Assembly: GCF_009914755.1 (NCBI RefSeq)
Contig: NC_060930.1
Direction: 5' to 3' (one strand)
From: the human T2T-CHM13v2.0 reference genome, Homo sapiens
Length of the DNA: 64,000 bases
Below, one piece after another: positions 30,124-46,209 of the stretch. The notes under the pieces were generated by a model. That model was given only the letters and a program-made list of their open reading frames with translations. It searched no databases and was not told where the DNA came from. Each line of letters opens with the position of its first letter. The stretch's first letter is position 1. Both the position numbers and the translations under genes were made by a program.

Positions 30124-31269
30124 ATATAAAGCATAATATGAATATTGCTAACATATTAATTCTGAAAAAAAGACAAACAGTTCAGAACCAATTGATTGGT
30201 ATTGATTGAGGAAGCTTTATATATTTGTACATCATATAATATTTTTACTATTTGTTAATACATATTGTTATCTAAAATGGGTACAGATATATTCACACTT
30301 TCTGGAAGATAAGTAAGGCACAGTATAAATCAGTTATTTGAGTAATACTCCTAAAATGTTAAGTAATTTTTAAAAATCTTGAAATAGACATCTCCACATA
30401 GAAATAAGTTATTTATGGTTGCTTATATAATTCTGTATAGACTGTTGACTGGCTAAAAAATTGCAACATATTACAGCTAAGTAGTCTTATCAAATAAATT
30501 ATGTAAACTCTTAGGTCACCCAAGTACTTCATAAGAGCAACCTCTTACCACAATAAATAGGGCAGTTAATATAAATTAGAAAGCAAATGGAACATGCACA
30601 CAATGGTGAATTATACTGCAGGATAAAAATCAATATAATGACTGAAATTTCTCTTGTGGGAATATTAATTTTTTGGCCATGGTTTTAAATAAAGTCATAG
30701 CTGACATATCGAAGCCAATTTCTGTAATGAATAAAATGACAACTGAGGCACTAAAATATGTTACAATCTTCAAACTGTAAACCTGTACATTGTGGTAAAC
30801 ATTATTATTCAAATGTTACTTTTTTACTTTATTTCAGACTGGATTTTTATATTTTTATTTATCTGCTTAACAAAATAATACTATCTTGGCTTTCTAATTT
30901 CCCACATTATTATCCACAAGATAAAATAAACCAACTGAATAGTATACTCCAAGTAATTTCTTAACTTCAGAAACATAGCAAGAAATTTAAATTGACATTT
31001 GGAATCCTAAATTATGTTTTTAATGATAGTTAAGTAATTGAGTTAATACTTAGACTTCTAGTCCAAGATAAACTAAGACGGATGTAGAAAAGTTGAGGAA
31101 GTTAGGTATGTAGCACCATGTATATATACATGCATAAATTACACACCTGTTGAGTAAGCCCCAATGAATTTAAGAATGGGGCATCCAAACATTTCAAATG
31201 TTATAAATAGATTGAAAATCACAAAATGTCTATATTAATATAAATCCTATTTCAGAAGTCCTTTTTTTA

Positions 31270-31440
31270 GAAATTCTGTGACACTGGTTTTTCTCTCATA
31301 GGTGTATATATTCCCTTCATCTGAACATTGGCTGAAGTTGGTAACTGCCTCATCTAATACAAGGCAGCAGAAGCAATGCTATGGGACATCCAAGACTGGA
31401 TTATAAAAGACAGTACATGTTTTTTTTCTCTCTCTCTTTC
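31270..31440 (+). mobile_element. MLT1 (MaLR) LTR fragment
   Basis: GCAGAAGCAATGCTATGGGACATCCAAGACTGGATTATAAAAG resembles MLT1F/G/H. Confidence 0.45.
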
Positions 31441-31560
31441 TCTTTTTCTCTCATCCTTACTTCTATGGCTTCAAACTTTTTTATCGTGTTACTGACATAT
31501 TCTATTTTCTTAAAAATTTTTGTTCTACATTTCAAAGACGTATTAAAAATATCTCATTTT

Positions 31561-31711
31561 GGGGGGAGGGGAGAGGGATAGCATTTGGAGATATACCTAA
31601 TGTTAAATGACGAGTTACTGGGTGCAGCACGCCAACACGGCACATGTATACATATGTGACTAACCTGCACGTTGTGCACATCTACCCTAAAATTTAAAGT
31701 ATAATAAAAAA
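31561..31711 (+). mobile_element. L1PA3/PA4-like 3' terminal 150 bp
   Basis: GGGGGGAGGGG...GCACATGTATACATATG...AAAGTATAATAAAAAA. TSD ATCTCATTTT at 31551 and 31712. Confidence 0.92.
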
Positions 31712-31894
31712 ATCTCATTTTTAAGTTGGTCAATGTATATGTTTTTACAGAAGTTTCTGCTTATCTATTTTTATACATTGAGGTTAAATCCATACTAGTC
31801 AATTAAGAAGAATGTTTTGGAGGATACTTTTTTTTTCAATAACTATTGTTCTCATTTGTCCTTAACAGTTTTCATATGCCTTAAAACTTCTATT

Positions 31895-34175
<2,281 letters not shown>

Positions 34176-35474
34176 AATTGTTGTACACTGATATTGCACT
34201 ATTTTCATTTATCTTAAAAATTAAAACATATTTTTACTAGATTCTGTTTATCATAATTACCTAAGAGTAATATAGATCAACAAAAGTTTCTTATCCAATC
34301 TCAGTTTCTCTGTCTCTTAATAGTTATTAACTTTTAAAAATTACTGTGATAATATAATATTTATATACCGTATGATAATATTTTTAGAAATGTTGCTTTG
34401 TATTTTGCTTACAATGCATTCTCTATGTATTGTTTTCCTTATTTTTAGCTGAAATACACATACACACATATTTTGACAGCAATGATTTTGATATTTAATA
34501 ATTTACCTAAAATAATTTTTATTCTTCAAATTATTTAATGTATCTCTCCTCCTCTGAATCAAGAAAAAAAAAACTTAGCATGTCTTAAATTATTTGAAAA
34601 TGTGCCTCTCGTTCTTACTTGTTATTGCTGTGGAGCGTTTTAGGTTTGCCTTTTTGATATCACCTGTAAATTGGTCACTATTATTTAAACTTAGATTTGT
34701 TTCATATTGTATTAAGGATTGGTTTACTGCATCTTCTTTGATCATTTGTATTTTTATTGATAAATACTGTGAGAAAACTTTTTCAGAGGAGATATACATT
34801 TGTATTGGTGTACTTAAAATATATTTATATACCATTTGTCTTGATTGATTTTTATTATTTAATATTTTTATTATTTAAGGATTGAAGCTGGTATTTTAAG
34901 GTCTTTTGTAAAGCATTTTTGAATATGAGAAATCTTTATTAATCTATTACTATTTATCAACAATTCTGCATTTTCTTTTTAGTTGTTTTTACTGTTTTGT
35001 CATTTATTTAATTGTATAGGTCTATGTAATATCTGTTTATATTTATTCATGTTTATTTTACTTTGTGTGTCTTTCCCAGTTAAGAACTGATATATTTTTT
35101 CATTTAAGGAAAATTCTAGATAAAAAACATTTGAATGTTGCTTCTCTATTCTTTTCTGTATTCTTTACTTCTGAAATACATGTTAAATATGCACTGGAAG
35201 CTCTTTTTACTGAATCTTCTCTAGAATTTTTCTCAAATATTAATACTATTTTTATTCTAATAATTGAATTTTATATTTGTTTATTCATATGTACATGTTC
35301 TCTATTCATGTATTTTTTTCATAATCTTGCATCTTTGGTTATATATATAATTTTTTTTTTAATTTTGAGAAACACACTTGTAAAGTGCCATTCTTACATT
35401 GCATTATAATTGTTAATTCCCTCAAAAAATTATTTAACTTACTGGCTTTGTTGAAATTGGTACAGTTTTTTTTT

Positions 35475-36764
<1,290 letters not shown>

Positions 36765-37386
36765 TTAGCCTGCAAATTCATTCTTTCTGTTACCTTCTTT
36801 TTCCCCTCTCTTCTTATGCTTACTCTTGTTTTTAATGACTTGATTGTCACCCTTCCCTTCCTTTCTGGCCTTCCTGTGAAGAGCTATGGAGAAAAATATT
36901 CATATATTGATAAATTAATTATAATATCTTGTATGGAGAAACGCATTCATATGTTGATGGCTTAATTATAATATCTTGCAGGACTATTGCACATTTATTC
37001 CCCAAGCTAGCGCTCTAATATTCCATCTTATTGGGTTTTCTACAATGTATCCTGTCCCCCAAGAGAAAAGCTACTCAGTATGAGCAACGGAGTTGAGTAG
37101 TGTTCATGTTTTGTAAATCGTATGTTTGTGCACTGAAACTGGGTGAAATACTCTGCCATACACAAGTGTACTAAGCTCATTTTCATTTCTTCATGGGAGT
37201 TAAATTTCCAGATATCATTCTCCATTTCTTATTGTGGTTTCTACCTCCATTATCTACTTTATCTGTTTATTATATTTAAGGTCCACATAATTAGTTTTCT
37301 TTGTTTTTTTTTCCACAAATATTGTTGTGTTCAAATATCTCCAGAAATTTACATTTTTACTTGGATCAGAATTGCTAATGAGTGTT

Positions 37387-37413
37387 TGTGTGTGTGTGTG
37401 TGTGTCTGTGTGT
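37387..37413. repeat. (TG)n microsatellite
   Basis: Directly visible. Confidence 0.9.
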
Positions 37414-37554
37414 ATTTTTAAACTTGATTTTCTCTTTTAAACTGAAGGAAAAGAATGTAAGTATTACACTAAAGAGATTAACCTCTTTAATGCTTTTCCC
37501 ACATTTTTGCTTAGTGTTATGCTTATCATAGTTGATTTTAAAAAGCCAATTCTC

Positions 37555-38359
37555 AGCCAAGGTAGTTGGGTTACAATGTGGTTTTATATATTTTAGGAAG
37601 ACATAAGACATCAATCAATACATTTGAGGTATGCATTAGTTCTGTCCCGAAAGGCAAGATAACTCAAAGCAGCGAGTAAGGGGGAACAGTGGGGGCTTAC
37701 AAGTCACAGGGAGATTCAAGTATTTTCTTATTGGCAATTGGTTGGAAGTTATTTTCTAAACACCTGTAATCAATAGAAAGGAGTGTCTAGGTTAAGATAA
37801 TGGGTTGTGGAAACCAAGGTTCTTAATGTGTACATGAAGTCCCATATGTGGCTACTCTTGGAGACAATAGATGGCAAATGTTTCATATGTAGACCTTTAA
37901 AACATGCTATACTCTCAGTTAATCTCTTCAGATTGGGAGAGTCTGGAAGGGAAAAGATCTAGTTATGTTAACAGAGATTCTTTATAGAGGCAAATTTTTC
38001 CTTACCAAAGATGATTTACAGGACCACTTCAAAATGTGGCAAAGAAATATATTTTGGAGTAAAATATCTTGATTTCCTTTTTTATCTGTCTTGTGATGTT
38101 ATAGTAGAGTCAGGTTGGAATATGATATCTTATTGCTACAAAGAGTCTGTTTTGTCAGTCTTAAGATGTCTATTTTAATGTTTATGCTGGTCAGCTGGGC
38201 CTAAACTCTAAAGGGTGGAGAGTATAATTAGGCCTGTCGAAACAACTTCCCTTCCCATCATGACTTGAATTACTTTTTCAGATTTCTTTAAATCCCTTTG
38301 GCTGAAAGAGGGGATCTATTTAGTCAGTTAGGGGCTTCAAATTTTATTTTTGCTTTACA
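37555..38359 (-). mobile_element. MER4-group ERV1 LTR (MER4D/E-like), 3' end missing
   Basis: Revcomp starts TGTAAAGCAAAAATAAAATT; contains CTTAAGACTGACAAAACAGACTCTTTGTAGCAATAAGATA. Confidence 0.85.
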
Positions 38360-38424
38360 CACAGAAAGCTATAAGGACTATGCAGTAACTGTATCCAAAA
38401 TAAGTGATGCTGTCACATAGATCC

Positions 38425-38763
38425 TGTAAGGGAAATGGCTGCACTTTCATCAGGAGTAGGCCGAGGCAGACTTCTGTCATAGCATGACTCAGTGGGTTTG
38501 GAATGCAGGTGCACAATCCCACACATTATGTAACCATGCCACGTGAGGCACATTAGGCGATCACTCATATGGGCTCATGCTTGGCTCAGAGCCACTATTA
38601 TCTGTAAAAAGTATAATTACCCTGCTAAAGCTGTACATATGATTTGCCCATACCGAGAGAGAGAGTAAAGCCATGTTGAAACTGTCTATGATTCCTCGAC
38701 TGATTTTCCTGCTACCCATCACTTGCCCACTGACTCCCCTCAGACCTCAGTTAGAACCTGACA
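38425..38763 (+). mobile_element. LTR18A (HERV-S/HERVL18) 5' LTR
   Basis: TGTAAGGGAAATGGCTG...AGAACCTGACA, with AP-1 TGACTCA (38485), TTATGTAAC (38526) and CACGTG (38540). Confidence 0.88.
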
Positions 38764-39575
38764 ATTGGTGTCACAAACAGGATCCCAAGCTATGCTGCTC
38801 AGATGGGATCTGGTGGAAACCTGGGTGGTGGTAGATGCTTCCCTTGCAAGCAAGGAGAAGGTGCTGAAGCATCTGGAAGTGCAGAGCTTTTACTGGAAGA
38901 GTTGGATGGGCTTTTTTGACTACACTACATGAAGTGCACATCCAGTCTCAGAGGGATGGAGCACAGGTAAGGGCCCTTCAGGCACAGGTTGGGTGTCTGG
39001 AGGCCCAGCTACACAGCTCAGAAATATAGTGAGAAGTTACCAGAAATGGGGACCTTCAGGGGCAAGCGGGGCACCTGGAGGCCAGCTGCAGAGCTTGGAA
39101 AAGGAATTAGAAGCTGCTGTGAATGCAGGCCTGGGTCCATCATCTTGGCCAGAGACCCCCCACTCAGTCTGATACCAAGGAGGAAGAACCTCCATTGCGG
39201 GCTAGCCCAGTAGTCTGTCAGAAGGTAGATCATGAACAGCCAGTGGGGCCTGCCCCAATGCCCCTAAAGATAGGGGAACAAAAAACCTGGCTTTAATATA
39301 TAAAGCAATATTCAATATTGGGATAAAGTCACCATGGGTGGTTGCCCACATATGTCAGAACTGTGTGTCTGGGGCCTGTATGTGAAGCCTGTGTATCAGG
39401 CCTGTGTGCCCAGAGTTTATGTGTCAGGCTTATGTGTTAAGCCTGTGTGTTGGGCTTGTGTGCCCAGACTTATGTATCAAGCCTGTGTTGAGCTTGGGAG
39501 TCCAAAGCCTATGTATCAGGCCTCTATGTCAGACTTGTGTGTGCAGGTCTATGTCTCCCTCAGCCTAGAGGGTAG
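38764..39575 (+). mobile_element. HERVL18/HERV-S internal remnant (PBS, gag-like fragment, 3' tandem array, PPT)
   Basis: PBS TGGTGTCACAAACAGGAT (38766-38783) resembles the complement of the tRNA-Ser(CGA) 3' end. ~13-bp GCCTGTGTGTCAG-type array at 39351-39555. Purine tract AGAGGGTAGAG before the next LTR. Confidence 0.8.
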
Positions 39576-39935
39576 AGTAAGAAAAATGGATGTACTGTGG
39601 TCAAGAATAGGCCAAGGCAGACATCTGGTCCAACATGACTCAGCGGGTTTGGAGTGCAGGCACACAACTCTGCATGTTATGTAACCATGCCACATAGGCA
39701 CATTATGTAACCACACCACATGAAGCGAATTAGGTAATCACCCACATGAGCTTGTGCTTGGCTCAAAGCCACTGTTGTCTGTAGAAGGTATAATTATCCT
39801 GCCTAAGCTGTACATATGATTCTCACACCAACAGAAAAAGTAAAGTCATGTCAAAACTGTCTGTGATTCCTCGAGTGTTTTTTCAGCTACCCACCACTTG
39901 CCCAACTCCTCTTGGATGTCAGTTAGAACCTGATA
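39576..39935 (+). mobile_element. LTR18A 3' LTR
   Basis: Direct repeat of 38425-38763; ends AGAACCTGATA. Confidence 0.88.
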
Positions 39936-40029
39936 AGGTGGTGGAAATACAGTTTCACAGCAAAAAATAAAATGATGTGAGGATATCTCCAACCACTTTG
40001 ATACAAAATATTGTGTTATAGACTTATGC

Positions 40030-40188
40030 AGTAAGAATATAGGCTGTTTAAGGTTGGGCCAATGTTGTACATATGGCTTGCTTGTGCCCAGAGAGTAAAG
40101 CCATGTTGAAACTGTCTACAATTTTCCAAGTGTTTTTCCAGCTACCCACCACTCACCCACTGACTTCCCTCAGACCTCAGACCTGACA
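40030..40188 (+). mobile_element. Third, internally deleted LTR18 copy
   Basis: R/U5 part GAGAGTAAAGCCATGTTGAAACTGTCTA...CCTGACA is clear. The 5' stub AGTAAGAATATAGGCTG...GGCCAA is weaker. Confidence 0.75.
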
Positions 40189-40939
40189 CTTCTATACTCT
40201 TTTTTACATAGGTTTACAGAAATTATCATGTTCTCTTACCAGAAGTGTTAGATATAACAGTCAGATTGCATACACATTCTTTTGAAGAACTCTCAGCCTG
40301 AAGAATAGGAAAAGAGAAACTTGACAGAAAAAAAAAAAAAAAAAAGATGGAGTGCTTCAAGATAAAGAGAGTGTCTACATAGGGTCTACAAGAAAATCTT
40401 TTGTAATACTGCTACCTAGAGGTTGGAATGTTAATCAAAGCTCAATATTATTTTTTTGGTTACCTCTACAACTGGAATTTGATTTTATTTTAAAAAGAAA
40501 TGTCATTTCACAAGCCTTACTATAGTTAAATGTTCTCTTCATTTTTATCCTGCTTGTCAAAAATCGTGATTTCCAAGCTATAACTTTTCTACTTGCCATT
40601 ACTACGTATGACAAAAAAATTTGAGAGTATAGCAAAATAAAAATCACTTTAAAAAGATAAACTTACTATAGTTTAAAATAAGAATAAAGTAAAACAATCT
40701 CTTTATACTCATGTATTTTTAAAATATATGGAGTTTAATGTACTAAACTTATAATTGGTTCAGCTTAAATTATTTAGTATGCAATATTTTATATAAAAAT
40801 GTTAATCTTTCAACAATAAACTATTTAAAGGATATTGAAGTTTTAATCCCATAAATGTGAATAAATTAACATTTTTGAATATTTACCTTATTATTTGGAG
40901 ACTCAGTAAACTGCCATATCTTCAAACATAAGCTATGCT

Positions 40940-41340
40940 TGCTCTTACTCTCATTTTGTCCATCTAAGTGTATCACACCATCATCTACTTAAAACTTTTA
41001 GACAACTCAGACTACCGCCTCTCCTCTCTCTTCTACTTCCTATGGCTAGTCAATTACTAAATCATATATTTTTTTCTCTAAACATATTTAAATTTTGTCG
41101 TTCATCTCCTCTGTAAAAATCTCCAAAATAGGGTATATTTTTAAATGTATTCTTCTGATTTATTGACCTCATCAGTCACAAGTAGTCACAAGTGACTTTT
41201 CAAACATTTCTAAGTTTGATAATACTACTTTCTTAATTAAGTCCCTTAAAAGGCTCTTTATTTTCTTCAGAATTAAATTAACCTTGATATTAAGGGGATG
41301 CATAAGTTTACCTCATGTCCTCTCCTGCTTCATTCCTTAT
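40940..41340 (+). mobile_element. L2 fragment
   Basis: AGTCAATTACTAAATC and AGTGACTTTTCAAACAT...AAGGCTCTTTATT resemble L2 3' motifs. Confidence 0.5.
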
Positions 41341-41351
41341 TATTCATTTAT

Positions 41352-41553
41352 ATAATAAACACTTTTATATGCTAGTATGTATTAATTACCTTCTAAAGGC
41401 TTTACAAAGACCTATTATAAAAGTAGGAATTATTATTTCCATTTGACAGCTGAGGAAGCTGAGACACAGAACAGTAAAGTGAGCTGCCCATAGTTACACA
41501 GTTAATAAATGATAGAGCCTCTATTTTAATCCAGGTTCTCTGGTTCCAGAGTC
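41352..41553 (-). mobile_element. MIR
   Basis: TATTATTTCCATTTGACAGCTGAGGAAGCTGAGACACAGA...GCCCATAGTTACACAG core. Confidence 0.85.
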
Positions 41554-42438
41554 TTTTCTTTTGATCATCTTTCTTCTTTCTTCTTTGTTCTTTCTGCTTC
41601 GTGAAGAGATTAGCCACAATGTAAAACCATACTTTAGTTGTTTTTTTTCTCTGCACTGAAGGATTCATATATTTTTCGTCTTGAAGTATTCAAATATTGT
41701 GTATTTATTGTTTGAAACATTGTGTACATGTTGAATGTTATATGTGTTTCTCTGTACATATTTTTACTCATGGTATAAAACAAACTCAAATGGGAATTCT
41801 CTGAAACTCTAAATCTCGAAGGTTTCTCTGGTTTCTTTTTTCCTTGCCTTCCCATTAGTCAAAAAAGATATCAAGTATATGTATCTTTTTTAAAAAAGCA
41901 GAAAAAAGAAATAAACAAAAAAAATAAAATTTTTATGCTACCAGTTCTTTTTTATCCATGGACATCAATGTAATTGTACTCTTGCATCTCAAAATGGAAC
42001 AAAGACTACAAATTCTAGTCATGCATTCCTTATGCCTGAGTCTCAAAAAAGGAACAAAGACTACATCTTAGTTAGAGAAATTTAAACAAAGTGTTACAAA
42101 GGGGATAATTCACAAAATGTGGTTTAGGCAAAAGGAAACCACATGTAAACTTCAAAACAGACCCCTTCTAATGAATATTAAAATGCCTAGATCTGTTTAA
42201 GATTGATTTTTGAGCAAGGGTGGAATGTTTGAATAATTACTCTGAATAGCATTAAGCTTTGTGGTTGTCAAAAGCTAATCCATTCCAAGACCAGATAGAC
42301 AACTAAAACTTATGCAAATACTTGACCCCTTGCTTGACTAGCTTAGCATATTTTGCTCTTTGTGTGCTATTTGCTTTCTCTACTGAGTGATTAGTGTAAC
42401 ATATGCATTCCTATTATATTTCCACGTGCATATCATGC

Positions 42439-43079
42439 TGTTGCCAGAAAGAGGCCCCGATCCAGATCCCAAGAGAAGGTTGGGTTCATGGATCTTGCAC
42501 AAGAAAGAATTCAGGGAGAGTCCATAAAGTAAAGTGAAAGCAAGTTTATTAAGAAAGTAAAGGAATAAAAGAATGGCTATGCCATAGGCAGAGCAGTGGC
42601 ATGGGCTGCTCGACTAAGCATATTTATTGTTACTTCTGGATTATCATCTGCTAAACAAGGGGTGGATTATTCATGAAAGGGGTGGGCAAATCCCGGAACT
42701 GAGGATTCCTTTACTTTTTAAGAGCATATAGGGTAACTTTCTGACATTGCCATGGCATTGGTAAACTGTCATGGCGCTGGTGGGAGTGCCTCCTAGCATG
42801 CTAATGCATTACAGTTAGCATATAATGAGCAGGGAGGATGACCAGAGGTCACCACTGTGGTCATCTTGGTTTCGGTGGGTTTTGGCCAGCTTCTTTACTG
42901 CAACCTGTTTTATCAGCAAAGACTTTATGACCTGTACCCTGTTCCGACCTCCTATCTCATCCTGCGACTAAGAGTGTCTTAACCTCCTGCGTCCAGGGAA
43001 TGCAGCCAAGTAGGTGTCAGCCTTATTTCACCCAGTCCCTATTCAAGATGGAGTTTCACTGTTTCAAAAACCTCTGAGA
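42439..43079 (-). mobile_element. MER41B solo LTR (ERV1)
   Basis: Revcomp T.TCAGAGG.TTTTGAA...CCATCTTGAATAGG through ...GGATCGGGGCCTCTTTCTGGCAACA, including the CTCATTATATGCTAA segment. No clean TSD seen. Confidence 0.9.
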
Positions 43080-43579
43080 AGAGAATATGAATATCCACCA
43101 GTATTGATATTTTTATTTCAATCACTGAACGAATTGTAATGTGACAAATCAGTTCTGTTGATAAAGCACACAAAATAGCTAGTTGAATATTTTTAAGCAA
43201 CCTAATATTATGGATGCCATTTTGGTTCAGTTATAATTAGAGTAACCAAAGGAGGAAAAATCAGCCACATATTGGTTAATGAAAGCAAATCAATGAAAAG
43301 AAAGGATCCTGGGATAACAATGATAACTTTAATGATTCCTGGTTTATTTTATTTCTCCTTAAGTAGTATAAAATTCAAATATTTATTTTCTTTTGTATAC
43401 ACAATTATTTCTATATTCTTGTTATAAGTACTAAAATTCTATGCAGACTTATGACACTTGTACTTTTATGTTGGGGGGTGGATATTAAAAATGACTATGT
43501 ATGCCAATGGAGAAAATTAAAGAATGTAGCTGTAAAAGGTTCATAATAATACATAAGTTTGATATCACCAACACAAGCT

Positions 43580-45620
43580 ATATTTCTATGTCTGGCATTA
43601 TGCAAATCTAGAGATCTGAAATACTTTTATGAATTCACATGCAGACAACTAAACATACTGGATAAAATTATGTATGCATAGATGAGCTGGCGAAAACTAA
43701 GGGATCCTCAGAAACTAAATGTAAAGTGAAATTGCTAATCCTGAGAGGTAAGAAAGCACGCAAGTTCATTTGCTTCAGAGCAGGTTAAAAATCCTGGTTA
43801 CTTCAGTTTCTGTTTTATCTGCCACTTGTTATGCAAAGGACAGGAGAAAAACCCAGAGTTTTCACTCTAAGTTGGAGTTTAATAGAATTCTGCATGAAAA
43901 TGTTTCTACTCTTTGTGAAAATGTGAAATAGAAATAAACTTACTCCTGAGAAGGTAAAATTTTAAAAATTGCCTGATATGAATTTGGTTCTGTAGAGTGA
44001 GAAAGACATTATCCCTTGAGAAATTACAAGCTCAAAGTAGACCTCATGCAGTTCTGCAGCTCAGATTCATACAATTTGGCCTGGGATTATTTGTAAGAGT
44101 ATAATGAATGCGTTGCTGTATCGGAGGAGCCCATTGAACAACAACATAAGCTATTACAAATGAAAATTACCATCAAACCAGGCCTTATTCTCAAACATAA
44201 AAGAATAGAAGCTCACAGTCAAGAATGACCAAATTCAGAGAAAGCACAGCACCATGAGTAACATAAAGCAGACCAATAATAGAATGAGACTAACCAAGGC
44301 CCACATAATGAAATTATCACTCACTCACTATAAAGTAAATAGTTTAAATACATTTAAAAAGCAAAAGACAGGAATTAAAATATGTGTAAGAAACAAGAGG
44401 GGTAAAACTAAGCAAGCTGATCCAAGAAATTATTCAAGAGATTATCCAAATATTAAAAACATAACTGAAAACATTAAAGAAAATATTTAAACAATGGAAG
44501 AAAGCTTTAATGAATTTTCAACAAATATAATTGGATTATTCAAAGGTCAGCAAAAAAGCAGGCCATGCTGCCTATGGTCATACAGCCACTGAACTGCAGG
44601 AATGTAGGGCGCTCATCACATGCCATGTGTGAAGTAATCTCTGAGAAGAGATGGGGAAAAATGAAAGCAAGGGTAAAAGATAAGACAGAGTGTGACAGCT
44701 CTGATGTACATCTAATCAGAAGTAAGGAAGGAAATAAGGAGAAATTATAACTTAATATTTCCCCATAAATCATACGCAAAGTCAGTAATTACAATCCAAA
44801 AAAAGGTTAAATTTCTAAAAAAGTAACCAAATACATCTTACTGAAATTATAGAACATTAAATACAAATATAAGATCTTAAAAAGCCAGAAAGTTTTATTT
44901 ACAACATTTTAAAGAATGAAACAATAACTTGTGAATAGATTGTTGACTAGCATTTTCCATCTCAACAACAGGACATTAGAGGAGTATGATAGAGGAGAAA
45001 AGAATTGAAAACACATCAAAGGAATACAAGAATGAACAAAAGTGAAAAAATAGAAAAAATATGAAGACTGCCTATGTAAGATGGTGAAAATAAATCTAAA
45101 TACATCAGTAGTCACATTTATGTAAGGGGATTAAACTTTCTAATCAGACAAAAATCATTAGATTATATTTTAAAACACACACAAAATAAACTTATAAATC
45201 ATTTTTATTCCATATGCATATAAAATGTAAAGACAGTGTTTGTAAATACAAAATAAAGTACAATGTACAAGACAATACTAATAACAGAAAAACTGGTATA
45301 TTTGTATTAATATAAGAAAAATATTTCTGGTAAAAACAATTAGTATAGATAAAAACGATACTCCATAATAAAAAATGTTTTAACTCTATAGGTATGTATA
45401 AAAATGCTGAAAGTTTGACCGAACAACATTTTCTGACATTTCCTATTTTCTCATTTTATATATTAACATATATGAAATACAAATATATGTATATATGTGT
45501 TATATGTGTATATGTGTTATACATATGTGTATATATGTTTGTATGTAAATATAATTGAGCAAATGGCAATGAGAAATGAACAAATCTAATATTAGAATAT
45601 GTTCTTCACTTACATTTATG
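43580..45620 (+). mobile_element. Ancient L1ME/L1M5 5' region, ORF1 and start of ORF2
   Basis: AAATACATCAGTAGTCACATTTATGTAAGGGGATTAAAC resembles ORF2 start (ISVITLNVNGLN). A-rich strand asymmetry. Confidence 0.6.
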
Positions 45621-46209
45621 GGGAGATTGGACATATTTTTCATCAGATGCCTTTAATAAAATGCATCTCGTTTAAGTGGAAGATGGCAAAAAGTTATTTA
45701 ATTTTTGTTTTGTGTATTGAATACTGCAAGAATAATACATCAACCAAAAACTGAGTACTATGGGGACTGAGACTTCTTCATTGAATGTATGTGGAAAGGA
45801 TCATATGTGAGTTCCATGCTTTTGATAAGAGACCCCCTAAATCATCCCTACCTTGGACAATACTCATTGGTAGCACAAGAAGAAGAAACTGTAAAAATAA
45901 ATAAATAAATAAATAAATCTATCAATCTAAAAGAAAAATGAATTAATAGAAATCCTAATATGTTAAACATTACTTAGGTTCTCAAATAATGTATTTTGTT
46001 CTTAATTTCAAAGGCTAGAACTTGTTTATACATATTGTTTTTCTATATATAAACCATATGCAGTTTGCATCAAAATATTCTGAGGTTTACTTTTTCAGGT
46101 ACTTTAAGAGTACCATTTAATATATTTATTTCTTGAATTTCATAACTTTCTTCAGATTTATTTTATTTTTTAAAATAAAATATTTGGTTTAAATATATTT
46201 TTTAATTTC

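Noticed and set aside
34200-35460. Extremely AT/T-rich tract as a special structure
   Set aside because: Most likely decayed ancient L1 or low-complexity DNA; I saw no periodicity or defined ends.
39351-39555. ~13-bp tandem array as CRISPR-like or coding (ORF 39334-39684)
   Set aside because: It is a degenerate head-to-tail minisatellite without spacers, lying in the ERV 3' internal region just before the PPT.
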